Part shown: positions 1-13,747 of the stretch, piece after piece | Numbering within the stretch: position 1 is the first letter of the stretch | How the letters are laid out: each line of letters starts with the position of its first letter | NCBI GenBank assembly: GCA_013265495.1 | Contig: MU058198.1 | Span: 5,719,779 to 5,783,778 of the forward strand | Direction of reading: 5' to 3' | DNA from: Vicugna vicugna | Taxonomy: Eukaryota | Length of the DNA: 64,000 nucleotides | Made by a program: the position numbers and the translations under genes | The notes under the pieces: model-generated | What the model was told of the DNA's origin: nothing | The model's database searches: none | Seen by the model: the letters and a program-made list of their open reading frames with translations, nothing else

Positions 1-299
1 AATGCACCTGAGGCCCAGGGAAGGGGACATCCACCCAGGTGCTAAGGTGTTTCCAGGCACCAGGTGTGGGGGGTGGGGGGATGTGTGTGCAAAGGCCTAG
101 AGGTGTGAATGTGCTCATTCCTTGAAGAAAAGGGAACATGGGAGGGGGTCTGGAGTCTCTGGGACACTCGGTAAATGGGGTGAGGAGAGACAGGCAAGTG
201 GGATGAGGGCAAGTTAAGTCCCCGCCCCAGCCCCAGCTCCCCCAGCTTCTCCTGACACAGAGCCTGGCAATAATTGGCATCAGTCAAAAAGTATTCCTA

Positions 300-450
300 G
301 CAGGTCACCACCCCAGCTGACCATTAGAATCGCCTACAGAGCTATCAAAAATTACCAGTGCCTGGGCCCCACCAACATCTCTAGAGAAGCTCAGGTAATT
401 GGTTCAAAAGGTCCCCCAGGTGATTGTACTGAGCAGGTGGAGTGAAGATT
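300..450. mobile_element. MER5-like hAT-Charlie MITE
   Basis: cattagaatc-cct...aaaattaccagtgcctgggcccc...cccccaggtgatt pattern typical of MER5A/B. Confidence 0.55.
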
Positions 451-669
451 GAGGGAGTGGGAGGGGCCTCTGGGAGCATCGGAGCTCACTCGGTGCCAAG
501 CCTTGTGCAAGATTCCTCTGTGGACCGTCACTCCATCCTCACTGCAGCCCCGTGACGCTGGTCCTGGTGTCTGCATTGCACAGATGTGGAAGGGACATTG
601 CAGAAAATTTAACAACTTGCCCAGAAACTTTGGGCTAGCAGTTGAATTTGTAGTCCAACTCCAGAATCC

Positions 670-910
670 AGAAAGAAGGAAGGGAGTGAGAAAGATGAGA
701 AGGGAGGAAGCTGGAGAGATGGAAGAATGGAGGAATGGATGGAGAGAAGAATGAATGGGGGTGGGTGGGTGGACGGTGAAAGAACGAGAGGGAAGGAGGA
801 AGAGGGGAATGAAGGAAGAAGGGAGGAAGGGAAGAAAAGAAGGCCAAGAACAGGGAGAGACGAGGGGGGGAAGTAGTATGCAGGGGTTGAAGGAATGAAG
901 GAAGGACGGG
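670..910 (+). repeat. Purine-rich (GA/GGA/GAA) low-complexity tract
   Basis: Almost exclusively G/A on the + strand. Explains the F/P/S/L-rich minus-strand ORFs. Confidence 0.85.
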
Positions 911-925
911 GCAATGAGTAAAGTG

Positions 926-1145
926 CAGTCCGCACTCCTATATCGGTGGGTTCTGCATTCCCAGATTCTACCAAACACGGATCAAATTTTGGTTGAGCCA
1001 GCGGATACCGAGGGACGGCTATAGTACCTCACTGTTACAAGGGACTTGAGCATACTCAGATATTGGTATTGGGTGAGGGGAGGGGGTTGGTTTCGGGGAG
1101 GGCGATCCTGGGACCAATCTCCTGCGGATACCAAAGGCGGATTAT
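926..1145. mobile_element. MER2/MER2B-like TcMar-Tigger MITE
   Basis: Left end cagtccgcactcctatatcggtgggttctgcat; aagggacttgagcat..ggtat; two GCGGATACC-terminal copies (~1001 and ~1124), as in the MER2 family. Confidence 0.65.
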
Positions 1146-1199
1146 ATGGGAGAGATAAAGGGACGAACAGGCTGTGCGATGCTGCCTTGGGCCAGCTTT

Positions 1200-1700
1200 G
1201 GTTCTAAGGTACCAGAAGCCTCCGGATCAGAATGCCGCGAGAAGTGAGTCCCAGGGCAACGACTTCCAGCTCCTGCAGCTGGAGCCCAGTTGGGGTCGCC
1301 GCCCCAGCACCGACTTTCTGCAGCCCATCGCCCTGGCCTGGACGTGGTCGGCATACGCGACGCCAGGCGGGCGGCCGCGCATCCACAGGGCCCTGCTGCA
1401 CCCTAGCGGCGGCGCGCGGCACTGCAGCAGGGGCGGCGGCTGGACCCGCCGCGGGCCACCCGCCGCGGGCCACCCTCCCTGGGGACCCTCCGCGCTGCCC
1501 GCGTTCCCTAGCAACCGACCCAAAATGCTACGTCCCTCGCTCCGGCGCGCTGCCGCCAGCTGCAAACTTAAACATCTCCAGGCCTGGAAGCTGCTGGAGG
1601 GAAGAGAGACGCGTCTCCCGTAGCTTTTTCTTGAAAAGGTTTTCTCTTCTCTCCTCCGTGAAAAAGGATAACGAGGTGGGGGTGGGAAAAGGAAATGGTT
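1200..1700. promoter_or_regulatory. Orphan CpG island with RFX X-box-like motifs
   Basis: Very GC/CpG-rich. GTTCCCTAGCAAC (1503-1515) and GTCCCAGGGCAAC (1248-1260). 14-bp direct repeat ACCCGCCGCGGGCC x2 (1444-1471). Confidence 0.65.
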
Positions 1701-4700
1701 TAAGTTAATTTAAACTGTGTCTGCCGCAGGCAACAATCCAGGAAAGGTTTTTCCCTTTTTTTTTTTTTTTTTTTTTTTAACTGCAGCCCAGTGGCCACTG
1801 CTAGACCTTGGAAAGCCTTGGCAGAGAACCTGCTTATTTAGAGAGGGTCCGAGGGACGAACAGCACCGAAGCTTGGCGGTGGCCAGGGCGAGGGAATGGC
1901 CAGCACTGGCCCAGGACCTTTGAAAGGGCGTGACTTCTGTTGACTGAGGGCTTCCTCTTTGCCAGGCATTTTTCATGTGGGGTTATTTTAAACGCAGGGA
2001 GCCAGGAGGTAGACAATATTTATTCCCACTTCGCAGCTAGGAAACTGAGGCCCAGAAGAGTTAAGGGCACACAGCCAGTTAGTGGCAACGTCTGGGTTTT
2101 AAGCCGTTAAGTCCCACATAACTGCTAAAAGTGGAAACTATCACCCTTGACACCAGACAATAAAGACACCAAGACCTCCAGAGGTTTATTTAAGGCCACT
2201 TGTGTACAGTCTGCTGCCCAGACCCTCCCTCTCACCCTTACACCTGAAATTCCCCCTTAAATTCCAGGAGCTGAACTCCAACAGCCTGCAGGGCTGGTAG
2301 GGGAATGTTGGGAGCCAGCATCCAAGGTGGCCCGCGGCTGCAGTTCCTGCCCGGGTCCCTGATGACACAGATTGTGTGCAGCAGGTAGGAGCGCTCAGGG
2401 GCTGAGCCACAAATTCCTCCCCACTTCCCCACCCCATGTCCAGAGGCAGAGCACTGACACGTGAGGCTTCCTGTCACTCAACAACTCATTCAATCAACCA
2501 GTAATTCCTGAGCATCTGCCAACACCAGGCACTGCACTGGACAGGGAGCAGGCAGCAGCGGACTGGGCACTTCGTGATGAAGACAGGCAGGCAAACGAAG
2601 TGACCAATGAATGCACAGGATGACTGGGGATACTAAGTGCTGAGAAATGAATGAAACAAGGGATGCACCAGAAAGAGGCTGGAGTGGGGACCACTGCTAA
2701 CATCACCCTTGTCTGAACCCAGCTGAACACAATGGGACCTACTGGATTCTGAGGTGCATATGGCTGCACCTGTCCCCCATCAAGTGTGACAGCTTGAAGG
2801 CGCAGCCAGTCCTCCCATCCCGACACGCCCCCACCCCAGGGCCCTGGTGCTGAGGAGCATCTCAGGGAAGGGAGCAGAGCTGATATGGTACTTGCTGTGT
2901 GAGGGAGCCCAGGGGCAGCTGAGGAGCCTACCTCATGGCACTGAACTTGATACTGGTTTCAGGGAGGGAAATCCCAGCGACAAAGTGCTCCAAGCCCTTG
3001 CTCTGCTCTGTCATTTGCACTTCTCCCCATGAATCCTTGCAACAGCCTTTCAGATAGATATCATTACTAACCCCATTTTACAGATGTGGAAACTGAGGTC
3101 ACACCTATAGAAGGAGAGCCAAGACTGAAATGAATACAGCCCAGTTTCAGCACCATGATTCTAACCACTGCTCCCTACCGTCTGCCACCCAGTGGGCCTC
3201 ACACTCCGTGGGAAATGCTTTAGGGAAGAGAGAAGGGGTGGGGGTGTTCCCTTGAGCAAGTCACATCCCCTCTCTGAGCCTCTGTGTCCTCAGGTCTGCG
3301 AAACAGGGGTGAAGCAGTGAGCCTACCTTGGCTGGGTTGTCCAATTAGGGGATTCAATGAGATAATGCAAGAAACTGTCCAGCAAGAAGCCTGGGATTCA
3401 AGAATAGGTTTTGGAACTAAAGAATAAACAAACAAACGAATGAGCTTATAAGTGTTTGTTCCCTTCCTTGTTCCTTAACTAGAATCATAAAAGTAAGTTT
3501 CTTCCTCACGCCTGAGAAGTCTGCATGTCCCTATGGCTATGATATATGAACATATGGCCTCAAAGCAGAAGGGTGATGGAGGAAGAACACCAACACTTAA
3601 CTGCCACAGCCCAAAAGTGACACCTGACCCTTCCACTCACAGGTCATTGGCCAGAGTGAGTCACGTGATCCCCATCATCTACAAAGCCCGCCAGGAAAGT
3701 TAGAGCTATTCGGGGATCACTAATTTTCTCCTCCACAGACACAGACCTGTGACAGAACACAAGATAATTTTACATGCTACACGAGATGATTTTTGGTGAA
3801 GACAGATAGAGCATTAGGTAACACTGAACTGCGTAATGAAGAAATTGTTCCCTGTTGAACTGTCTCAACAGCCCTGTAATTATGAGAAAGTCTCAGTTTG
3901 GTGATAATATGCCTTTCGCGCCTCTCTGACGCTGCTAATCTCCTTTACCGATTAATAAAGGGCTGGCCTCAGATTCAGAGACAGTAAGAGAGAAAAATTG
4001 AAAGATATTCTACTAAGTTTACAAAGTTAATTTTTCCCCATCACACTTATTTTCATGCATATTACCTATATATAGCAAATGATACCAATTTTCCATTTAG
4101 GATGGCAAAATAAAGTTTCCTCTTCAAAAAATCTATTTTTTAATTGAGGCTATTTAAAGAAAAATATTAAGTTAATGACAGTACAGGCAGTACACGAATA
4201 TGGTGAAAAATGTCAAAGATGGAGTGTGAATGATGGAAGTCTGGGAAATTCTGTTCCAAGTCAAACCCTGCCGCACATATATTAATGTTTATTTTAGAAG
4301 AAGTGGTACATACCTAAAAATTCAAAAAGTACTGAAGTATATATAGTGAAAATTCTTCCCCTCGACTCCATTCCCCAGCCACACAGCCCCCCTTCCTGGA
4401 CGAAACACGTGTCAATAATTTTTATGAATCCTTCCAAAGAAATCTGAGACATACAAGCTAATGCTTGGATGTATTCCCTGCCCCACTCTGATTCCCTTTA
4501 CACAAGTGGCCACTGCATCAGGATAAGATATACCTTGCAGAAACAAGCAGATCTTAGTGGTTTAACTCATACATTTGCTCACACAAAGCTTGCTGTGTGT
4601 TCAAGAAGCTTTCCAGGCAACTGCCATCTGTGGCAGTGACCCAATGACCCATTGGAGGCTCCATCATCCTGCAGCTACACCATTTGCAACACAAGAGTCC

Positions 4701-7700
4701 TTTGGTCAACGTGGCAGAGACGAGAGCCCTGGCATCTCCTGCACCATGGATCCAGTGATACACACCACACCCACTCACAACCCGCTGGCTGACATGCTCC
4801 CATGACTCTCTAACTGAAAAAGAGATAGGGAAGTGTAATCCTTCCATGTTCCCCCAAAGAAGAGGGGGCTCATCTAGGAATGTCCAGTAGGGACCCTCCT
4901 ACTGGGGGGTACAGTATAGATACCGTTCCCACTGTGATCGCTCGCCTTTTTCATTAAACAGTGCATCTTGGAAATCATTCAGTACCCTTACATTCTTCTT
5001 TTAGCTGCATATACTCTTCCCACCATTGATGTGGCCATTTCGCTGTTGAAGACATTTAGATTGTTTCCAGACTTTTGCTCTTTCAAGCAACACTGTGATG
5101 AAAAACGCCATGTAGACTCCATTCGACATGCATACGGGTACCCGAACGATAAAATCCTAGAAATGAAAATTCTGGAGTTTCAGGTATGTGCATTTATAAT
5201 TTTTGTAACCCAGTTTGGTACACAGCTGCCATGTTAGTGGGACAGGTTCTTCACAAAGCCCCAGCTCAGGGCCATTTGGACCAGACACAATTTCCTTAGT
5301 TTACTTAACAAACACTAAGTACCTATTCTGAGCCAGGTGCTGTGCTGGGAACTGGGGAGAGGAAGATGAATTTCAGTCCATCTCCACATTAAGGAGTTCA
5401 CAATCTAGTGCGGCGGGGAGCGGGGGAGACAGATGCACAGCCAATTATTCTGGTTATATGCTGTTACGTGATGTAGCACCCCAAAACTTAGAGGTGTGTG
5501 ACAACCACCATGATGCTCCCTGCTCTAAAATTCCTCAGTAACAAGTCAGGAGACGGAATTTCCCTGACGTCAAGCGCCTACCTGCTGGTCAGCAGAGGTA
5601 GTGACAAAAGCAGCACTTGTACCCAGGTCTCTGTCACCAAAGCTGGTGACTACATTGCCTCCATGTTTGTGAAGCACCCAGGACATTGTGAGGACGTGGT
5701 GATGCCAGCACCCTCTTCCAGCCACAGGGAAATTAATCTAGCTAATTGACCAGGTGACTTTCCTTTGGAGGAGCCGTATCTCCCTGGGAGACCCAGCAGG
5801 CATACCAAGGCTTCCTAGGATTTATACACACACACCCCCATTGCCCTGGCCATCCCTTAAGAAGCCCCACCAGTCTTAAACCTCAGTACCCTCAGAAGGA
5901 CCTAGTCCTATTCTCCCTCCTCCCAAAGCCCAACATTTCTTATCTTCCCTTGGCACTCACTCCAGACGTATTATTCATGGTGAATTCATTTGTCCCGAAC
6001 GCAGATGTAAGATGTAATTCCCCCAGAATTCAAATGTAATTTAAAGTTATTTTCCAATATCTAATTTGCCTTTTATTTATTTAGGGCAATATTTCAGTAG
6101 GTGCCTCCCAGTCAAAGTGCCAGGGTTTGTTTACAGGGCCAGGCCCAGCAACAGAGAGAAGCCACGTGCCTAAGACACAGACGTTACCAATTTAAAAAGT
6201 AATTACAACATTGAACACAGCCTTAAATAAAAGCGAAAATGCAGGAGACAGGAGGGGAAGAAAAAACATAAATTGGGAACAATGCCGTTTTCCCCAGACG
6301 TTTTGTAATATCTGCAGCCTGCCTGGTACTGGCGCCCTGCCCTGGCTGCATCCAACAAGGAGGGATGGAGTGGCTGTGCCCTGTGAAGAGGTGGAAAGAA
6401 GTTTCTAATCATCAGAGATCACCTGTCTGCCTGTTTGCCTGTCTGTCTTTTCTCTTAATGTGTTTCTTTAGTGAGAACCCTCTTACACTGGTACTCAGGA
6501 GATGAGTTAGTAAACTATATTGTGATAAATGACCCAAACTCAGCCCAAATCAAACTGACTTAACTAGAAAATGGGTATGTTCTGGCTAATGAAAGACCAT
6601 CAGTAGTGTTAACTTCAGGTACAGCTGGATCTAGGTGCTCAAAAATCTTCAAGAATTTCTCCATCTCTATCTCTCAGCTCTGCTCCCTGCAGAGTTGACT
6701 TCATTCTCAGTCAAGCTTTCTCCACCTAGTGGCTAAGACAGTGCCCCAGAAGCTTCAAGCTTACATCCTCCCACCTTAGTACCCTGAACAGAAAGCGGGT
6801 GCTTCTCTTCCCACAGTTCTAGCAAAAATCTTAGGTCAGGCTTTCATTGGTTCTACCTGGGTCAAGTGCCAATCACTGAATTAATCACTGTAGCCATGGA
6901 GTTTCAGTTCTCTGATCGGCCAGGCCTGAGTCCAGTTTCCACCCACCTCTTTCCCAAACTACATGGACTGAGAGTAGGGGAAGGGTGATTCCCAAAAAGA
7001 AAACGGAGGTTCTGTGAGAGTTGAAGAAGCCATGGGACAGTGGGCAGGCAAGGATAACTGATTTCCATCACAGATACAAATGATTTCTGTCTGTTTCCAA
7101 TCCCCATACTCTTCACTTATGCTTTTCCCTTTGTCTGGAATACTTTTCCTCCCCTTATGCACATGAAGAATTGTTCCACATTCTTGGCATCCCCACTGGC
7201 AACTCAGTGAAGCCTCTCCTGATGTCTCCAGGGGAATCTAGTCCCTCCTCGTCTTTACTGAGGTAAAGAGAGAGACAAAGAGACAGACAGTCAGAGACTG
7301 AGAGAATTGACAGAGAACCTGGAGGGAGAGGAGAGAAAGTGGGGGAAATAGAAGACAGGAAGGAAGAGGAAGTGAGAAGGGAGAGCGAGGAATGGCAGAG
7401 GAGTGGCAGAGGCTGAGGGGAAAGAGGAGGAAGAATCTGGGTGTCAACACAGATAAGCTTAGTAATAAAGGAAAAAGTCAAGTTCTTTGTTAAATAGATT
7501 CAGTTCCTAATCGGTACCCATCTCCTTATTAAGCATTGCAAAGATAAAGTCCTCACTTTCAAGCATGTGAAAGAACAGTGTAAAATGATGCACAGTCAGT
7601 GCTCCGACATGGAGGGACCAGACTCCCCTGGGGACGTCAGGTGAGGCTTCACTGAGCTGCCGGTGGGGATGCCAAGAGTGCAGAGCGATTCTTCACGTGG

Positions 7701-9039
7701 ACAAGGGGACAAAAAGCATTCCAGACAAAGGGAACAGCATAAGTAAAGACCCAGGAATGTTAAGAGAGTGCGTGGAGTCCAGGAATGGCACAGAGCGAGG
7801 TAAGGCTGCAGCGGAGAATGGGACAGGGGCCAGAAATGAGGTAGGGCTAGCTCGTGTTGGAAACTGAGATTTTTATCTGGAGGACCAGTGTCTAAAATTT
7901 TCATTAGAGGGTCCTTGAGAATCTTCTGGTTTACACCTAGGGATATATGAGTGCTCAGCAAGAACTTGTAAAATTTTTGGTGTGTTCACCAAACACCAGC
8001 AGCCTCTGGATCATCTCCATGACAACCAGATGGGATGTTGATGACCAGGCGATGTTTCCTGTCTGTGATCACTCTGGGGGTCTAATAATATTGTAGTTGC
8101 CCCAGGACAAGAGGAAAATAAAAGGGGTAGACTTGATAGAAAAATGATGTGTTTGTGCTGGATAAAGCCCAACTGATGGCTTTCCATGACAATTAAAAGT
8201 TCTTAGAGAGAAAAGGGTAGAATTGAGTCTCCACCACCCACGCCCAATAATAAAGGCAGTCGAGCTCAAAAGAACCAGTGCTAGGACAGCAATTCATCCT
8301 TAGTAAGTGGCAGTTCTGTTCCAGCAAAACAACATCATGTATCGTATTAAGTAAATAATATTCATTTGAATTTTATCACTTTTATTTGTACTTAGTTTCT
8401 AATTTGCTTTTTATCTTCTAGCTGTTTATAAACTTTGTCATTCATTCTAAGACAATTATAAAAATGGGATGCATCTTAAAATTTATAGCCTCTTACTATG
8501 ACAACTGACAGCATTTTCCCCTCTTACTGCTACATAAAATAATAATGTGTCTTCAATGCACTTTAGATTCAATGAAACACAGCATTTGCAGAAGGGGCTG
8601 ATACTTGGTTGTGTTTGTAAACAGCTAAGTAACATTAAAATTAGAATGTTTAAGTCAACATGAGGTCCACAGGCTGTTTTCCATAAAAACAGTTTATATG
8701 CTAGTTGAGTTGGGCTATCACTGAGAACAAATGGGGCAATGAGAAAAAGTTTTAATCACAGAAGTCAAAGTTCCATATTAGAAAGATACTTCAACACTAT
8801 GTTGGATAGAAACAGAGCAATTTTGCAGATCAACTGAGAAAGTATGAGGACCTAGACTGAAGAAATGTAAGGGACGATGAGGATATAACTTGGAGATATC
8901 CAGGAGGCAGAATGGATCGGATTTAGTGATTGATTACATGTGGAGGGTGAGGATGTGAGGAGAGGGAAAGAGGGAGAAGCAGGACCCAAGGATGGGAGGG
9001 TTAGCATCCCCAGGGCACGGAAAGGTAACAAAGGTTGAG

Positions 9040-9380
9040 ACGGTGTGGTTGTAGCAGTACTGATGGCGATCCTGACGGTGAGGGCTGTGGTGACAGTGAT
9101 GGTGGTGGTGGTGATGATGCTGGTGGAGGTGATGGTGGCAGTGGTGATGGCGTCATGGTGAAAAACCTGGGGTAAGAAGTGATAATGGGGGGGAGGTATA
9201 GCTCAAGTGGTAGAGCGCATGCTTAGCATGTACGAGGTCATAGGTTCAATCTCCAGTACCTCCTCTAAAAATAAATAAATGAGTAAACCTCATTACCTCC
9301 CCTCCCACCCCCCAAAAAAAAAAGTGATAATGGCAGCAGTGGTAGTGGTGGTGTCAGCACTGACGCTGGTGATGACTACA
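9040..9380. repeat. Degenerate (GGT/GAT)n trinucleotide tract, split by the SINE
   Basis: ggtggtggtgatgatgctggtggaggtgatgg... on both sides of the SINE. Confidence 0.7.
9189..9321 (+). mobile_element. tRNA-derived SINE (camelid Vic-1 type)
   Basis: GGGGAGGTATAGCTCAAGTGGTAGAGCGCATGCTTAGCATG..GGTTCAATCTCCAGTACCTCC (A and B boxes), A-rich tail, perfect TSD AAGTGATAATGG at 9177-9188 and 9322-9333. Confidence 0.85.
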
Positions 9381-12157
9381 ACAGAATTATAATCAGGATG
9401 CTTTAACCTGGAGGTCTACAGGTAAAAGGGGCCACGTTGGGGACTGGCCCCTTCAGCTGCCGCATCTTGACACCAAGAAGGTGGGAAGATCCCCCCTCCT
9501 CCTGGCCTCACCCATGAAACGAAAACCACACCTCTCTTCTCCCATCACGATGGTGGGTATCACTCTCATTCTCTAATCACTCGACGGGAAATAAATTGTA
9601 AGTGAGCACTGGAACCAAAGGGTTCCCCCCACAGCAGGGAATATCTATTATTTACCCATAAAAATATTTCAAGGGTTATTAGCATGTAAACTGTGATTAA
9701 TTAAATTCACAAAAATTGTTTCTGATGCATGCAAATGAGGTGGTTCCTGCTGGGTGAGACCGAGGCTTCACTCTCTGCGACTGCCGGGGGAGGCAATTGG
9801 GGGGAAGTTACCCAATTCATCTCCTACTCCAGAAACTTTCGGAAAAGTAATACCATAGAGTCCATCTCAAGTGCGGCTGTGCCCTGAGCTTTTCCAGGTT
9901 CATCCTTCTATGTCTGGTCTATACAGTCAAGGGGATAAGTTTGGATGCTGGTTTCCCTGTTTGGGAATTTATTCCTACCCATGAGTCCTGGAAAGGGCCT
10001 GAAGTCATGGAGTTTGAAGGAACTAGAAGGGAGAAAATCAGCTATCAGTGGTCCACTCTGACCGCCGAGTCCAGGAAAGGGCCAAGACTAGCTTCAAGTT
10101 ACGCTGACTCTTCTCTAGGGCTTTCTGTATGCCACCCTAAATTCTTACAGGATTTTCATGAGTTCAGCAAGACCCTGAATTGCATACCCAAAGGAAGCCA
10201 GCCCAGAACTTGTGGCCTGAAGAAAGGGGCAAAGGAAGATGGAGGGGCCGGGCTGAGTTATGTTGCAGTGATGTCCAGCATCCAAAGGTCTATCCGTTGT
10301 CTCTGTCTTTTAAGCCTCCAAAGACCCACCTGGCTAACCCAAAGACCCTCTCTAGGCAATTGGTGCCACAGTGGGCCCATGAGGGTTTCAGTTATCCAAG
10401 AACACATCCAGGTGCCCAGACTCCCCTGGTACACTGTCCTCAGCAAGGGCTATTCTCCCTGCAGCCCCCACAAACCTGGTCTTTGTTTCTCCCAGCCCCA
10501 GAAGTGCCCACCTCAGCCCACACACCTCCCGGGGCTGGACTGTCCTGAGAAGAAAAAGACTGAGCGTGCCTGGATGGAAGTCCCAGGGAGAGCGGAACCT
10601 CAGAGACACGCCCTCTCCTACCAGGACCCACCCACGTCCAGATGCAACTAACACTTCCCCACACCCAGGGCAGGCCAGGTGCTCTGTTGTGTGTTTTCAT
10701 TTAGCCCCTGTAAGTTTCACTCGAGTTTTCCAGATGAGGAGATGGAGTCAGACATGCCTTGAGGACACCAACTGCACCAGGTGCCTTTGACAAGACAGGC
10801 AAACTCCCCAGCACAGGCCACAAGGCCCCACCCTGTGGCCAGCCTCGTGCACAACAAGACAGGGCCAGACAGTTCCACTCTCCCCCAGAATACTTCCCTA
10901 ATGCCTGAGGGCAACCTCAGGCCCAGGGTCCTGGGGTCTGATGGCCAGTCCTCAAATCCTCTGCACGTTTCTCCCAGAGGCCCAGGAGGCTGCTTTGAAT
11001 GAGGCAACCTAGAAATTCTCAGATGAAACTCCCTTGGAGAATGGGGAGAGGAACTTTCAGAAGGACCCTCGGGTGGGTCAGGACAGGAAGACAGAAAGAC
11101 TGACATCCGAAGTTGGGACAAGGGAGTCAGGAAGAGCAGAGCATGGCCCAGAAAGGGGTCGCAAAGACATGACTGCCCCTAAGCCTTCAAGCCTCAAGCC
11201 ATCCCAACTCCACCCCAGCAGACCTAAGGTCAGGACGCCCAACTACCATGGACCTCCCGGCACCAGGGAACCCACGTGGGTCAGCATCCACACAGCTGCA
11301 GGCTCTGTGAGGAGGAGTTTTGACACATCCGGGTTTCAGGGACCCGGTGATAATCGTGGGGAGGCCAAGAGCTAACAGAATTGGAAGAAATAAGGCAGAA
11401 CAAGGCAGGACCCCACACACACGCACCACCATCCTCTCCATGAAGAATGAGCCCGAAAAATCCAACACTTGCGTTGGTAGGTTCCCTGTGTCCTCCTGGT
11501 ATGCAACTCATCTCTCTGAAAGACTCAACCTCTGGCATTTCCCCACGTCAATCCTGCCGCATAGGGTTTCAGAGTTCCCTTATGGGAACCCAGCTCCAAG
11601 CCTTATAAACAACTTCGAGGTCACCTGGGATCTTGACAGACTCAATGCTGGCCCTGCACTTGAGCGGGTTGGTGTCTTGGATGATGGCAGTGGCATCCAA
11701 ATCTCCCAAGGATATTTTCTTCTCTGCCATTAACAAAACAGGAATAAGTAAGAGATGTAAATGGTAAGAAACCGAAGCCGCCTCAGAGGGCACATAGTCA
11801 AAAGGGAGTTTTCCCACCTAATTCAGTCACCTGCCCCCACTCCCAGTCCCCAGAGGTGACCACTGTAACAACTGTAGGGGCGTCCCTTCTAGAGAGAGCC
11901 ACGTGTATCCAAGCAGACACGGGTACACCCCCCGACTCCCTCCTCCCAATGGTAACCCACCACCAAGATTCTCACTAACTTGCTTTTTCCACTTAATATT
12001 TATTGGAGAATATGCCATATGTGTAAATCTGTCTCATAATTTTAAACAGCTATGGATAATTTGTTCATGGGTCCCTCTCAGATGGGTCTTTAATAAGTTA
12101 TTAAACACATCACGTTTAATCTTCACAACTACCTCTGAGACATACATGTTACTTCCC

Positions 12158-12288
12158 TTTTTTATTGAAGTATAGTTGATTTACAATGTTGGGTTAGTTT
12201 CTGGTGTACAGCGTAGTGATTCAGTTCTACACATATATATTCCTTTTCACATTCTTTTTCATTGTAGGCTATTACGGTATTGAATATT
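12158..12288 (-). mobile_element. 5'-truncated L1 3' end
   Basis: ttttttattgaagtatagttgatttacaatgttgggttagtttctggtgtacagc is the reverse complement of the L1 3' UTR seen at 14640-14700. Flanked by ttacttc on both sides. Confidence 0.8.
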
Positions 12289-12360
12289 CACATTACTTCT
12301 GTTGAACATTTCAGTGCAATTCAAAGGCCATCTCGTACCACCTGAAAGGATTAGGAGTCC

Positions 12361-13158
12361 TGTGACACTGTGGTTTATAGTAAGAAGTATACACATTTGG
12401 TCTTTCTCCCCATTTCTGGCACAGAGCTCCTAAAATTCTTGGAGTTTCCTAAGTAGTGAGAGCAATAAGATGTCTTGATATTTATGACAAACCCCTTTCA
12501 ACCACACCTGAGTTTATGTTTATGAAGTAACTTCTGGAAAGCACCGAAGGATGGGGGCTGGTTGGGAAGGCAACCAACCATATGACTGGAGGGTTGGAAA
12601 TTTTAGTCTCACCCCCTGACCTTCAGGGAGGAGGGAGGGGTTGAAAGTCAAATCAATCTCCAATGGCCGATGATTTAGTCAATTATGCTTATGTAATGAA
12701 GCCGCCATAAAAACCAAAAAGGATGGAATTCAGAGAGCTTCCGGTTTGGTGAACACAAGGAGATTTGGGGAGAGGGGCACGCTCAGAATGTATGGAAGCC
12801 CCGCCCCCTTTCCCCACGCCCCGCTCTGGGCATCCCTTCCACGTGGCTACTCCTGAGCTACGCCCTAGCAGGCAGAATGCTTCTCTGAGCTCTGTGAGCC
12901 GCAGGCAGCGGGACCTAAGGAGGGGTCTCGGGAGCGTCTGACCTATAGCCAGTCAGTCAGAAGCCCAGGTGACAACCTGGGTTGTGACTGGTATCTGAAG
13001 TGGGGCAGTCTTGTGGGACTAAGCCCCTAACCTGTGGGGTCTGATGCTGTCTCCAGGTAGATAGTCAGAACTGAGTTGAATCGGAGGACATCCAGCTGAT
13101 GTCACATAACTGCTTGGTGTGGGGAAAAAACACACACGTTGGAATTGGCATCAGAATC
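12361..13158 (+). mobile_element. MER21-like LTR
   Basis: Starts tgtgacactgtggtttatagtaagaag...ttctggcacagagctcctaaaa and ends aactgagttgaa...tggcatcaga, matching the recalled MER21 consensus. Confidence 0.7.
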
Positions 13159-13747
13159 TTAAATCCTCAACCCTGTCCACACCGTAGAATTACCTGGAGA
13201 GACAGGCTGCCCCTCAGAGGTTCTGGTCCAAAGAGCCTACACTCCACTTCCTCCCTGGCCTCAGCTGCTGGAGCCTGTGTAAGGCCCAGCCAGGCTTTGC
13301 ACTGATCAGTCCATCCATTTTTATGTTGTATTAAAGTTGCTATTCCTACCAGCCACCGCTACCTCTTGGCTATTTCTCAGGACATTAACTTTTACGGCTG
13401 GTCCTCTTCTGTCAGTGTTTCTTGGGGTGGCATTTTATTCCATCCAGGAGACCTGGGGACAAAGCAGCTGCAGCTACAGTAACTGGGCAGTTAACACTCC
13501 AGGACCCCTGAAGGGCTGCCCCTCCCAGCTGGGACTGGTGGCCTTTGGTTCAGGCCCCTAGATTATGATTGAGCTGGACACAAATGCAGAGAAAGACACC
13601 ACGTGGGGTAGAGAGTGGAGACAGACACCGAGAGGCAGAGAAATGGAGGACTGTGCTCTCATCCCAGCCACACAAAGGTGGCATGCATGAACTGGCTCAA
13701 GTGCATTTTAAATCAAATAAATAATCATTTATTAAGACATTGTCATT

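Noticed and set aside
391..978. 195-aa F/P/S/L-rich ORF
   Set aside because: It is the translation of the purine-rich low-complexity tract.
9189..9265. tRNA(Ala)-like gene
   Set aside because: Has an A-rich tail and a 12-bp TSD, so it is a SINE rather than a tRNA gene. The same applies at 31585.
9941..10651. 236-aa ORF
   Set aside because: Non-AUG start, no recognisable domain, no convincing splice structure; consistent with a chance ORF.
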